From Candidatus Saccharimonadota bacterium (lineage in GTDB: Bacteria; Patescibacteriota; Saccharimonadia; Saccharimonadales; Saccharimonadaceae), in contig JAYTAD010000014.1 of the NCBI GenBank assembly GCA_043737705.1, forward strand, positions 1-42,657: DNA of 42,657 nucleotides, written 5' to 3'. Of this stretch, positions 8,466-16,886 are shown one piece after another (positions within the stretch are counted from its first letter, which is position 1; each line of letters starts with the position of its first letter). A model generated the notes under the pieces. It was not told the origin of the DNA, made no database searches, and saw only the letters and a program-made list of their open reading frames with translations. Both the position numbers and the translations under genes were made by a program.

Positions 8466-8471
8466 ATTGTA
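8466..8471 (-). promoter_or_regulatory. -10 box (TACAAT) 6 nt upstream of the pilin ATG; leaderless-type promoter
   Basis: The minus strand reads TTGTTACAATGAAAAA-ATG, and no SD is possible in that space. Confidence 0.35.
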
Positions 8472-8519
8472 ACAAAGATAGATAAAAGAATACAGCTCCG
8501 GACATAAGGGATATGGCCG

Positions 8520-9845
8520 CTACGGCATAACAAGGCGGTCGAGCACAACCAGGTGTTCGATGTGCGGTGTTCGTGGAAAAAAGTTGTATCCGCGGTGTGA
8601 TTTAACGCCGTAGGATTCGGCTAGCCGGGCAACGTCGCGGGCCTGGGTGACTGGATTACATGATAGGTAAATAATGCGATCAGGTTTGGTTTCGAGCAGT
8701 TTCTTGACGACGTCCTCATGCAGGCCGGCTCGCGGCGGGTCAACAATAATAGTTGCATCGCTCGTAATATACTCAAGCGCGCTCTCGCTTGGTGCCAAGA
8801 TTGCCTTGGCGGCTTTTTCGCGGTCAAGAGCGGTAATGTTACGCTTCATCTCGCGAACGGCATGCTCGTTTATTTCTACCATGGTGACGTTTTCACCACC
8901 AATAGTCAGACCAATCGTACCTACTCCGCTATACAGGTCAACCGCTGGTTTATCGGCACTCACCCACTGTTGCATGTCGCGCAAGGCTTGTTCGTAAACT
9001 GGAATATTGATTTGAAAAAACCCTTCAACAGCGTATGTGAACGGAACTTCGAGAATCGTATCGGTTAGATTCGTAGTTCCCCACGATTGCAGTCGTTCGG
9101 TAATAACACTGGCGGGGCTTTTTGGGTTAGAAAAAATCAGTTCAAAGCCAATAATGTTGCCGTTTTCCTTAAGTAATTCTAGTTCAGATCCGGTTAGTTG
9201 GACGAAGGCTTGGTCTTTGACGTAGAGCTGCAAGGCAACATTGCCCTTGGCGTCACAGCGGACCAGGACGGTTTTAAGCATAAAAGCGCGCAGGTCTGAC
9301 TTGGTACGCAACAAATCCCGAAGGGCTCGGGCAGCCTGGTTTATGCTAGGGTGCGCCAAACTAGTTCCGTTAACTGGGATTTTACCGTGAGTGCCACGCC
9401 TAAAAAAAGACAAATCGAGGCGGTCTTTTTCTTTGTCCCAGTACCAACTAAACTCAATCTTATTGCGGTATTCGTATTGTTTGTCGTCACTATAAACTTC
9501 GATGGTCTCGGGTAGGACGATGTCGTGTAATTCAAAAGCTTCTTCTATAAGAGCTGCCTTATAGTGCTGTTCGTCTTCGAAGCTCATTATCTGCCACGGA
9601 CTAGTTGAAAGATAACTCTCCTCATCACGCGGGATAACACGCTTGTCGCTCGGAATAATTACTTCCATAACGACACCTTCAGCCAAGTTTGATTTCTTTT
9701 TGGTGATTTGAACTTCAACGGTTTCGCCCGGAAGTCCGCCCCATACGAAAAGTTTGCGACCGCCTTCCAGGGTGCCAAGCGACTGCCCTCCTCCGACAAT
9801 TTTATCCAGCTTAACGTTAACTATAGGTAAAGATTTTTTGCTCAT
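8520..9845 (-). CDS. TRAM-domain RNA (uracil-5-)-methyltransferase (RlmD/RumA/TrmA family)
   Basis: Motifs seen: SAM motif DLYSGVGTIGL, DPPRAGL and the catalytic YLSCNP. There is an N-terminal TRAM-like beta barrel. TATACT lies 6 nt upstream of the ATG. Confidence 0.85.
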   Translation of the reverse strand: MSKKSLPIVNVKLDKIVGGGQSLGTLEGGRKLFVWGGLPGETVEVQITKKKSNLAEGVVMEVIIPSDKRVIPRDEESYLSTSPWQIMSFEDEQHYKAALIEEAFELHDIVLPETIEVYSDDKQYEYRNKIEFSWYWDKEKDRLDLSFFRRGTHGKIPVNGTSLAHPSINQAARALRDLLRTKSDLRAFMLKTVLVRCDAKGNVALQLYVKDQAFVQLTGSELELLKENGNIIGFELIFSNPKSPASVITERLQSWGTTNLTDTILEVPFTYAVEGFFQINIPVYEQALRDMQQWVSADKPAVDLYSGVGTIGLTIGGENVTMVEINEHAVREMKRNITALDREKAAKAILAPSESALEYITSDATIIVDPPRAGLHEDVVKKLLETKPDRIIYLSCNPVTQARDVARLAESYGVKSHRGYNFFPRTPHIEHLVVLDRLVMP

Positions 9846-9867
9846 CTATCCAGTATACCTGATGTCA

Positions 9868-9876
9868 TGGTATAAT
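9868..9876 (+). promoter_or_regulatory. Extended -10 promoter (TGGTATAAT) upstream of tRNA-Gln
   Basis: A perfect TGnTATAAT lies about 70 nt upstream of the tRNA 5' end. Confidence 0.4.
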
Positions 9877-9947
9877 TACCCATGTTTTGGTTGTGTCGTA
9901 AAGTGTTAAACGCGTATCGTCATAATCCAAAACAGTGACACTACTAA

Positions 9948-10022
9948 TGGGATGTGGCCAAGTGGTAAGGCGCTGGTTTCTGGTACCAGTATTCGGGGGT
10001 TCGAATCCCTCCATCCCAGCCA
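9948..10022 (+). tRNA. tRNA-Gln (anticodon CUG), CCA encoded
   Basis: The cloverleaf folds by hand. Acceptor stem TGGGATG/CATCCCA has the U1-A72 pair typical of tRNA-Gln. The anticodon arm is CTGGT-TTCTGGT-ACCAG, the T arm is GGGGG-TTCGAAT-CCCTC, the discriminator is G, and CCA follows. Confidence 0.9.
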
Positions 10023-10030
10023 AGAAAAAT

Positions 10031-10055
10031 GACGAGCATCTGCTCGTCGTTTTTC
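10031..10055 (+). terminator. Rho-independent terminator after tRNA-Gln
   Basis: GACGAGCA-tc-TGCTCGTC is followed by GTTTTTC. Confidence 0.8.
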
Positions 10056-10098
10056 TTGCCGGTGGTCGGGATCCGAATCCCCGAAGGCTTTAGCCGAT

Positions 10099-10118
10099 AT
10101 CCCTCCATCCCACCCAAG
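10099..10118 (+). repeat. Direct repeat of the tRNA-Gln 3' end (19 of 20 nt)
   Basis: ATCCCTCCATCCCAcCCAAG (10099-10118) compares with ATCCCTCCATCCCAgCCAAG (10005-10024). Confidence 0.8.
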
Positions 10119-10215
10119 CATAAGCCGCTCTTGGTGGTTTATTCGTGCATTTACTATCAATATGATTAACTATAAAAGGATTTAAATTACCCGAACCAAA
10201 TTAATTGGAGATATT

Positions 10216-10914
10216 ATGGTTGCTATAGAAACAACAAATCAAACGTTACGTAGAGCTGGTCTAGTCGCAGGAATTGGGCTTTTATTAATGGCTGTACTGG
10301 CTGGTTTTGCTAACTTCGGTGTCATAGAAGGTCTTGTTGCCCAAGGAGACGCCGCAAGAACAGCTCAAAACATAATCGCCTCTGAGGGATTATTCCGTTT
10401 CGGTGTAGTTAGCCTGATTTTGGTAGCTATCCTTGACGTTGTAGTAGCTTGGGCGCTTAAAACATTTTTTAAACCTGTACATAAAGGTCTTTCGGCGCTT
10501 GCAGCATGGTTTAGGCTCATGTACACAGGAGTCTTCGTGGTTGCAATCAGCCAACTCGCTGCAGTGCCCCACCTTTTGAGCAACGCCGGATACTTGAAGG
10601 CTTTCAGTACAGACCAGCTACAGACACAGGCATTGTTAAACATAAATACATTTCAAAATATTTGGGACGTTGGTCTGATTTTGTTTGGCATACACCTAGT
10701 GCTACTTGGGTATCTGGCGTACAAATCAGGCTACGTACCTAAGCTAGTGGGTGCCCTGCTAGCCATTGCAGGAAGTGGCTATCTTATTGACAGTTTAGGT
10801 ACATTGCTTGTTTCGGGTTATTCGGCCAAGATCGCCACACTTACCTTTGTAGGTGAAGTGGTGCTTATGGTATGGCTTTTGGTTAAAGCCAGGAAGGTTA
10901 CTTTAAGCAAGTAA
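10216..10914 (+). CDS. Multi-TM membrane protein, DUF4386-like
   Basis: It has 6 predicted TM helices. The N-terminal pattern (AG..LLLMAVLAGFANF...GDAARTAQNIIASEGLFRFG) matches my recollection of the DUF4386 family. Confidence 0.55.
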   Translation: MVAIETTNQTLRRAGLVAGIGLLLMAVLAGFANFGVIEGLVAQGDAARTAQNIIASEGLFRFGVVSLILVAILDVVVAWALKTFFKPVHKGLSALAAWFRLMYTGVFVVAISQLAAVPHLLSNAGYLKAFSTDQLQTQALLNINTFQNIWDVGLILFGIHLVLLGYLAYKSGYVPKLVGALLAIAGSGYLIDSLGTLLVSGYSAKIATLTFVGEVVLMVWLLVKARKVTLSK

Positions 10915-10981
10915 AGAACGGGCCTGATCGTTTTTAGGGAATTGAATTCTTCCTGGAACATATCCACTAACGCTACCAAAG

Positions 10982-11015
10982 AAAAACGACTCACCTTTTT
11001 GGTAAGTCGTTTTTC
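10982..11015. terminator. Bidirectional terminator between convergent genes
   Basis: AAAAACGACTCACC-ttttt-GGTAAGTCGTTTTT, with one mismatch in the stem. Confidence 0.7.
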
Positions 11016-11026
11016 ATATCGTAAAA

Positions 11027-11839
11027 CTATTTAGTTGGTTTTATGTTTTTTGCAAAGTAATAAAGTGCTACCGCGGCAACTAGTACAATACTAGAAAGGA
11101 TTACCATAGGAGCTGCCGTGCTTACGCCTGTTCCAGCCACAATAACAATCATTGCAGCCACAACGCTCATGCCCATTAATACTGTGAAGGCTAACCACGG
11201 CACAACAAAGAATAGCCCAATAGGCCGTGCCTTCAGGGCTAGTATGCCCGTAACTATCATTCCTGGCAGTACTGTCGATAGATCAATGACGTGTACGGGG
11301 TTTACTATAAGACCCGCGTCAGTGAGGCTTTTAGGAACTACACCCGATATAAGTGCTGGAATGATTTCGCTGAGCCATAATAGCGTAAATAAGACGCCGG
11401 TTACGATAAGCACGTATGCAGAGAACGTGAGAACTCGTGTTTTAGGATAAATGTCAGTATTTTTTTGAATAGTATTAGTTAAGAACCAAAAAATAAGGCT
11501 ATAAACTATTAACCCAAGAATAACTACGTAAAGCAAGAAAAAGACGCCGAAGTGTAGCGCCGCTGCGTAAATAAGGTACGCGTACAAGAGATAAAATAAA
11601 GTGCCAACCCATATCAGGCGGGACGTATAAGATTTTCGACCTATCCCATAAGCACTTACAAGCAAGAATACAACTGCAAACAAATTGCCGATATCTTGCC
11701 CTTGAGCTTGCAGCCGCCAATTCTCTGTTTCGAATTGATACGTGCCTGAATATATTAACCCTGCCACGCTAGCTAGTGTGACCAATATTGAAATAATTAC
11801 AGAAACAATCATTATGCCTCGGGATAGTTGAGTTTTCAT
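11027..11839 (-). CDS. Integral membrane protein (about 8 TM), function unknown
   Basis: Long hydrophobic ORF with no motif recognised. Confidence 0.6.
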   Translation of the reverse strand: MKTQLSRGIMIVSVIISILVTLASVAGLIYSGTYQFETENWRLQAQGQDIGNLFAVVFLLVSAYGIGRKSYTSRLIWVGTLFYLLYAYLIYAAALHFGVFFLLYVVILGLIVYSLIFWFLTNTIQKNTDIYPKTRVLTFSAYVLIVTGVLFTLLWLSEIIPALISGVVPKSLTDAGLIVNPVHVIDLSTVLPGMIVTGILALKARPIGLFFVVPWLAFTVLMGMSVVAAMIVIVAGTGVSTAAPMVILSSIVLVAAVALYYFAKNIKPTK

Positions 11840-12065
11840 TCACTTCTTTCCTTGTTATTTAATATTTCTTTTCTCACATTAACATAGAAGTTTGCGAAAA
11901 AGCATTAATTTATTAGTTAATGCCGCACACAGTAAGCGGAATTATATTTTTACTATTGTGTATGTGTGGAATGTTGAGGTTTTTCTTGAAACGCGGCCAA
12001 TCTCTGTTGACGAGTGCTACACTAATGACAGAAACTACAGTCTACGGTTAAAAAGAAGGTCTATT

Positions 12066-12719
12066 ATGGAACAAATATATAAGGCGTCTCGCCTACTTAA
12101 CAAGGGCTCAGAAATTGCTACCAAAAATCCTCCGGAAAGCTCTGTCGACCTGTACTGGATACCGTTAGGAGCTGGTGCGCATGTCGTTAGGGTAAGTGGA
12201 TCTATTTTTGAAGCCATATATGCGGCTAAAGAACATCGATCACGAGCACATCTATATCATTCTGCGTTGGTGGTTAATGTTCCTGACGGCAGATACATAA
12301 TAGAACAGACGCCTGTTCCCGATAATAAAAACCAAGATCGTGGTGTTGTAGCAGAGGGTCCAGTGGGTATGCGCTGGCTAGGGCATCTTCGGATGTTCCG
12401 TTATGAAGTGCGTTGCTGGAAAGACGGAATCATACCCGATCTTAGCTATGCGGTTGGCGGGGCGGTTAAGGCTACAAATAACATAGAACAGGCAGAAGGT
12501 ATTATCGAAAATATACGTTCGATTCCAACCCTGGTTTGGGGGCGTGATGAAAACCATACAGGAGAAATGTGGAACTCGAATTCTGTAATATCATGGGTGC
12601 TTACACAGAGCGGGATAGACACGTCTTCTTTAAGCCCACCCGATGGAGGTCGTGCCCCAGGTTGGGATGCGGGCACCGAGGTGGCCTGTAAATATAGTTC
12701 GCGGGCTGACGAGTCGTAA
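12066..12719 (+). CDS. Hypothetical protein (217 aa)
   Basis: Taken from ORF 11892..12719, trimmed to Met59 (MEQIYK) because AAGAAGG precedes it. The core includes LYWIPLGAG...LYHSALVV...EMWNSNSVISWVL. No confident family assignment. Confidence 0.55.
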   Translation: MEQIYKASRLLNKGSEIATKNPPESSVDLYWIPLGAGAHVVRVSGSIFEAIYAAKEHRSRAHLYHSALVVNVPDGRYIIEQTPVPDNKNQDRGVVAEGPVGMRWLGHLRMFRYEVRCWKDGIIPDLSYAVGGAVKATNNIEQAEGIIENIRSIPTLVWGRDENHTGEMWNSNSVISWVLTQSGIDTSSLSPPDGGRAPGWDAGTEVACKYSSRADES

Positions 12720-12826
12720 ATTCTTCTCAGAACGTATCCACTACCTCCCATTTGACAACTATTGGATAATACGACTATGCCACCATTTAATCCTGTATAA
12801 TAAAAACGAAACAGGAGCCAGTATTT

Positions 12827-14269
12827 GTGAAGTATTTAAATAATATGCTACCGCAGCACGAATTGACGTTTAATGATGTGTTTATGGTGCCGTCTTTGAG
12901 TGATATTGAATCACGTATGGACGTGGATCTTGCCCCGCCAGACGGAGTTGGTATGACCTTCCCGTTAGTTGTTTCTAACATGAACGCAGTATCGGGTAGA
13001 CGTATGGCTGAATCTGTGGCCAGGCGTGGTGGCATTGCTATTTTGCCCCAAGATATGCCAGATAATGAGCTAAAAAAGAGCATCGACTACGTTAAATCTT
13101 GCCACAAAATTTATGAGACTCCCTTAACCTTGAGAGTTAACGATCGCTTGCAGGATGCGCTAAACATTATTCACAAGAGATCTCACGGTGCAATTGTTAT
13201 TGTTGATGAGCACAAAAAGCCAATAGGCATATTTACCGAAAAAGATGCTGTTGATAAAGACCGATTTGCTCAAATTAGCGAGGCTATGACACCGTCGGTA
13301 TTTTCGTTCGAGGAAGGTACAGACCTTGGTGAAATGCATAACGAGTTAAGCGGAAGAAACCTTCGGTTTGCTCCGATTGTTGATAAAAAAGGTGTGCTTA
13401 TTGGTGCCATTACTAAAAAAGGGACTGTTAGATCCAAGATGTTTACGCCCGCACTTGACCTGAAAGGCCGACTGATGATTGGCGCAGCTATCGGCATTAA
13501 CGGTGATGTAGCTGCCAAGGCGGCGCGTGCTTTGGAACTAGGCGCAGATGTACTAGTGGTTGATACTGCCCACGGGCATCAGAAAAAAATGATACGTGCG
13601 CTGAAGGCTGTGAAAGCTATTAACCCCAAAGTTCCAATTGTGGCTGGAAATATCGTTAGCGCCAAGGCTGCGCAAGATTTACTGGATGCAGGAGCCGATA
13701 TCTTAAAAGTTGGCATTGGCCCAGGCGCTATGTGTACTACTCGTACGATGACAGGTGTCGGTCGACCGCAGTTCTCTGCCCTATTGGAATGTGCTGAGGT
13801 TGCTCGTAAAGCTGGTAAGCAAATTTGGGCGGATGGCGGCGTGCGTTATCCTCGTGACGTTGCTTTGGCGCTAGCGGCCGGTTCATCAAGCGTGATGATT
13901 GGTAGCTGGCTAGCGGGGACCCACGAGAGCGTCAGCGATGTATTTACCGATGAAAATGGACGCCTTTATAAAGTTAATTTTGGTATGGCGAGCAAACGTG
14001 CGGTTACCAACAGAACAGCCAAACAAGATGAGTTTGCTATAGCCCAAAAAGAACTATTTCAAGAAGGTATTAGCAGATCCCGTATGTATATTGACCCCGA
14101 ACATCCAGGAGTCGAAGATATAATTGACCAGATCGCTGCAGGCGTAAGGAGTTCACTGACCTACGCGGGTGCTCGAAATATCAACGAATTCCACAAAAAG
14201 GCTATTGTTGGCATACAGTCTAATGCTGGTTTTGCCGAGGGCAAAGCCCTAGACTCCTCTTGGTCATAG
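12827..14269 (+). CDS. IMP dehydrogenase/GMP reductase family protein with CBS pair (GuaB1-like)
   Basis: GTG start with ACAGGAG 7 nt upstream and TGTATAAT at 12793-12800. The active-site loop GIGPGAMCTTR, a CBS insert and the phosphate-binding GGVRYPRD are present. Confidence 0.85.
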   Translation: MKYLNNMLPQHELTFNDVFMVPSLSDIESRMDVDLAPPDGVGMTFPLVVSNMNAVSGRRMAESVARRGGIAILPQDMPDNELKKSIDYVKSCHKIYETPLTLRVNDRLQDALNIIHKRSHGAIVIVDEHKKPIGIFTEKDAVDKDRFAQISEAMTPSVFSFEEGTDLGEMHNELSGRNLRFAPIVDKKGVLIGAITKKGTVRSKMFTPALDLKGRLMIGAAIGINGDVAAKAARALELGADVLVVDTAHGHQKKMIRALKAVKAINPKVPIVAGNIVSAKAAQDLLDAGADILKVGIGPGAMCTTRTMTGVGRPQFSALLECAEVARKAGKQIWADGGVRYPRDVALALAAGSSSVMIGSWLAGTHESVSDVFTDENGRLYKVNFGMASKRAVTNRTAKQDEFAIAQKELFQEGISRSRMYIDPEHPGVEDIIDQIAAGVRSSLTYAGARNINEFHKKAIVGIQSNAGFAEGKALDSSWS

Positions 14270-14314
14270 AAACTAAGTAGAATCTCTATAAAATTTATTT
14301 CAAGAGCAATAAAA

Positions 14315-14340
14315 AATAGAATCTCCGAAGCGATTCTATT
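14315..14340. terminator. Bidirectional terminator hairpin
   Basis: AATAGAATC-tccgaagc-GATTCTATT is flanked by an A-run (14311-14316). That flank gives a T-run on the minus strand. Confidence 0.6.
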
Positions 14341-14370
14341 CTCTTATGTAGTTTCGCCCTTTCAGACTAA

Positions 14371-14448
14371 CTATTTTTTCTCTGCTTTGAGTTTTTTCTT
14401 TAAAAGGCGTTTGCGCGTTGCGCCGTGCCAGTTCTTGTGCTTAGCCAT
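14371..14448 (-). CDS. 25-aa highly basic micro-protein (MAKHKNWHGATRKRLLKKKLKAEKK)
   Basis: Not in the ORF track. The ATG is at 14448 and the TAG at 14371-14373. It has its own extended -10 promoter and a terminator, forming a self-contained unit of about 165 nt. 11 of 25 residues are K or R. No clear SD. Confidence 0.35.
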   Translation of the reverse strand: MAKHKNWHGATRKRLLKKKLKAEKK

Positions 14449-14481
14449 AATTATGTAGTCCGATTATTTTGTATCTATCTG

Positions 14482-14490
14482 ATTATACCA
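14482..14490 (-). promoter_or_regulatory. Extended -10 promoter (TGGTATAAT) for the micro-protein unit
   Basis: The minus strand reads CGTGGTATAATCAG, about 34 nt upstream of the ATG at 14448. Confidence 0.4.
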
Positions 14491-14618
14491 CGTCACAAGG
14501 GTCGAACTCTAAAGATTTTGTATAGTTGGTGCCACTCTCACCCACCATAGGACTTTTAATCTACCTGGCGATGGTATCGTCAAATAATTACTATGTAAAT
14601 TCATTGTATAATTAGATA

Positions 14619-14882
14619 GTGAAACAACCACTTACAGTAGTAAAAAAAATCGCGATTGCCTTAATCGGTTTTCCGTTGTTGATATTTGGCATTATTTTAA
14701 TTCCCCTGCCCGGCCCAGGATTGGTCGTCTGCTTCCTAGCGCTATTGATACTTTCGGCAGAGTTTGATTGGAGCAAGACTTACCTAGACAGAGCCCGCCT
14801 GGAGATAAAGAATATATTTAATATCGCTAAATCTCGCGATGACAAAATTGAGCAAGCGAACGATAAAAAGAATCGTGGCTAG
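14619..14882 (+). CDS. PGPGW-domain small membrane protein
   Basis: The IPLPGPGLVV motif sits in the first TM hairpin. GTG start. TGTATAAT lies 6 nt upstream. Confidence 0.6.
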   Translation: MKQPLTVVKKIAIALIGFPLLIFGIILIPLPGPGLVVCFLALLILSAEFDWSKTYLDRARLEIKNIFNIAKSRDDKIEQANDKKNRG

Positions 14883-14983
14883 CTAATTATATATACATCG
14901 AATTCTACGACTATATTATTGGTAAATTTGATGTTAATCGCCACCTGGAACCACCCCATTTATTAAGATATAATTAAGTCAGG

Positions 14984-15868
14984 ATGAAAAAAATTTCTCA
15001 AATAATAATCATCTTTAACCCCAATAGCACTGGTAATAGTAAAAAGAATGCCCAAGAACTGCGCGAGTCTTTGAAAAAAGAAATGCCTGGTTCGGTCAAA
15101 ATTTCTATCAAAAGTACAAGCTATGCTGGTCATGCCGAAAAGATTGCCGGCTCGTATGCAAAACAAACTAGCGCAACACTTGTTGTGTCGTCGAGCGGTG
15201 ATGGCGGGTACAACGAAGTAATAAACGGAGCTTTGTCACATTACCCTAATAATGTATTTACAAGTGTCCTGCCTTCGGGAAATGCCAATGATCATTTTAA
15301 TGCTGTCGCAAACAATAATTTAATTACAGACATTCTGAATAATAACTATCGAACCATGGATGTCCTTAAGGTAACATCGATTATAAACAAAAAACTTTGG
15401 CACCGATACGCACATTCGTATGTCGGGATTGGATTGACTCCCGTGATTGGTAAACAATTAACTTCCGTCGATTTGAATTGGTTTAACGAAAAATGGCTTT
15501 TGATAAAATATCTTTTTAAGTTCAAATATTCAAAAGTGATAGTTAACGGACAGGTTGTTAAGTATAGTAGTTTGGTGTTTAGCAATGTAGATAGGATGTC
15601 AAAGGTACTTCGCCTTTCGGATGAAGCGTCGATAAATGATGGTAAATTTGAAATCAATTCTATCAAACATCAATCCAAGTTTACGCTTTTATTGTATTTA
15701 TTTAGAGCTGCGACGCTAGGTTTGAGTGAGTCTGTATCTAAGAAATCATTTACCTTTACGACAATCAATCCACTGCTCGTTCAACTTGATGGAGAAGTGT
15801 ACACGCTTGATGTAGATTCAAAAGTTTTAGTCGAGTCTGTCCCTAAAGTTTTAAAAATCATTATGTAA
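14984..15868 (+). CDS. Diacylglycerol/lipid kinase catalytic-domain protein (YegS/BmrU-like)
   Basis: Starts with IIIFNP.S, followed by the SSSGDGGYNEVINGAL (GGDG-type) motif. Confidence 0.7.
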   Translation: MKKISQIIIIFNPNSTGNSKKNAQELRESLKKEMPGSVKISIKSTSYAGHAEKIAGSYAKQTSATLVVSSSGDGGYNEVINGALSHYPNNVFTSVLPSGNANDHFNAVANNNLITDILNNNYRTMDVLKVTSIINKKLWHRYAHSYVGIGLTPVIGKQLTSVDLNWFNEKWLLIKYLFKFKYSKVIVNGQVVKYSSLVFSNVDRMSKVLRLSDEASINDGKFEINSIKHQSKFTLLLYLFRAATLGLSESVSKKSFTFTTINPLLVQLDGEVYTLDVDSKVLVESVPKVLKIIM

Positions 15869-15957
15869 TAATATACCAAGCGGTTTGCCTAATTGTTTTT
15901 TCTATAATCTCCGGGCATAATTAAGATGTACATAAACGCTAAAAAGAAAGGTGGCTC

Positions 15958-16131
15958 ATGGAACGGTTTTCTCTAGGTAGTGTTATATATATTATAATTG
16001 GTTTAATCGTCGCCAGTAACCAAGGTTATCTGGGAGATGTGGGCTCAATTCCTAATCTAATTTCGGCTTTACTTGCAGTTGTTTTGTGGCCATTGGTGTT
16101 GCTAGGAATAAACTTACACCTGGTATTTTAA
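15958..16131 (+). CDS. 57-aa two-TM membrane peptide
   Basis: Not in the ORF track. AAAGGTGG SD lies 5 nt upstream. Translation: MERFSLGSVIYIIIGLIVASNQGYLGDVGSIPNLISALLAVVLWPLVLLGINLHLVF. Confidence 0.45.
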   Translation: MERFSLGSVIYIIIGLIVASNQGYLGDVGSIPNLISALLAVVLWPLVLLGINLHLVF

Positions 16132-16291
16132 CCGGGTAATGTCATCAGTTAACAATCAATTGGAGTGATGTGCTAGTCTAACCTCTTTTATCAAGTATCA
16201 ATTATAAAAAATACAATAAGTCTTTGGTAAATCAATTTATATCCCACTGTCACAATTTTTATTTGCAAAACCACAACGATGCGCGTACTAT

Positions 16292-16711
16292 ATGAACATG
16301 ACTTCATATAGTTGCTGTGATACGGCTTCAAATAAATCTACCGAAATCCAATCTTTGTCCAGCCTGCTAAAACTTGTAGGTGACGAAACACGGCTTCGAT
16401 TGCTGTGTATTTTGAAAGATGGAGGTGAGCATTGCGTGTGTGAGTTGATTGAACATGCCAAAGATCTATCTCAAAGTCTCGTATCGCACCATCTTGCCGA
16501 CCTCAAAAAGGCCGGACTAGTCAAGTCGAAGAAGGTTGGTTTGCGTGTCTACTACACCCTAGCCCACGAAGGTACTTACATTGTCGAAACAATTTTTAAA
16601 TTAACAGAAAAGGAGAATAATATTAATGAAAAAAATACAGATAGAAGTTGTCGGAACGGGATGTGCAACGTGTCAGCAACTACACCAAATAACCAAAGTT
16701 GTTGCAGCTGA
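16292..16711 (+). CDS. arsR: ArsR/SmtB-family metalloid-responsive repressor
   Basis: It carries the wHTH LSQSLVSHHLADLKKAGLV and the classical CVC site (GEHCVCELIEH). A Cys-rich tail (SCRNGMCNVSATTPNNQSCCS) overlaps the next gene by 86 nt. Confidence 0.75.
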   Translation: MNMTSYSCCDTASNKSTEIQSLSSLLKLVGDETRLRLLCILKDGGEHCVCELIEHAKDLSQSLVSHHLADLKKAGLVKSKKVGLRVYYTLAHEGTYIVETIFKLTEKENNINEKNTDRSCRNGMCNVSATTPNNQSCCS

Positions 16712-16883
16712 GATTGGCCCCGACGTATCGGTTGACTATATATCCGGTCAGGACGGCATGAAGCGCCTCATGGCGTTAGGTCTGATGCAGTCGCCAGCCC
16801 TAGTGGTCAACGGTAAGGTTGTCATGGTGGGCTACAATTCTAGTACCGAAAAAATTAGAGCTTTGATTTTAGAAAACACCTAA
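16626..16883 (+). CDS. Small thioredoxin-fold protein (redox-active disulfide protein 2 type)
   Basis: AAGGAG SD is present, with a GTGCATCQQ CxxC motif. It is 85 aa and is the typical partner of ArsP-type permeases. Confidence 0.75.
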   Translation: MKKIQIEVVGTGCATCQQLHQITKVVAAEIGPDVSVDYISGQDGMKRLMALGLMQSPALVVNGKVVMVGYNSSTEKIRALILENT

Positions 16884-16886
16884 ACC

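Noticed and set aside
9906-10160. The 84-aa ORF in the track on the minus strand.
   Set aside because: It lies antisense across tRNA-Gln, its terminator and the tRNA-end repeat, so it is a shadow ORF.
11892-12065. N-terminal extensions in the ORF track (11892, 22673, 40223, 1301, 6763, 18577 and 19694).
   Set aside because: The internal Met codons have proper SDs or -10 spacing, or an ATGA coupling. The extensions are low-complexity, overlap promoters, or exceed the N-termini typical of the families.
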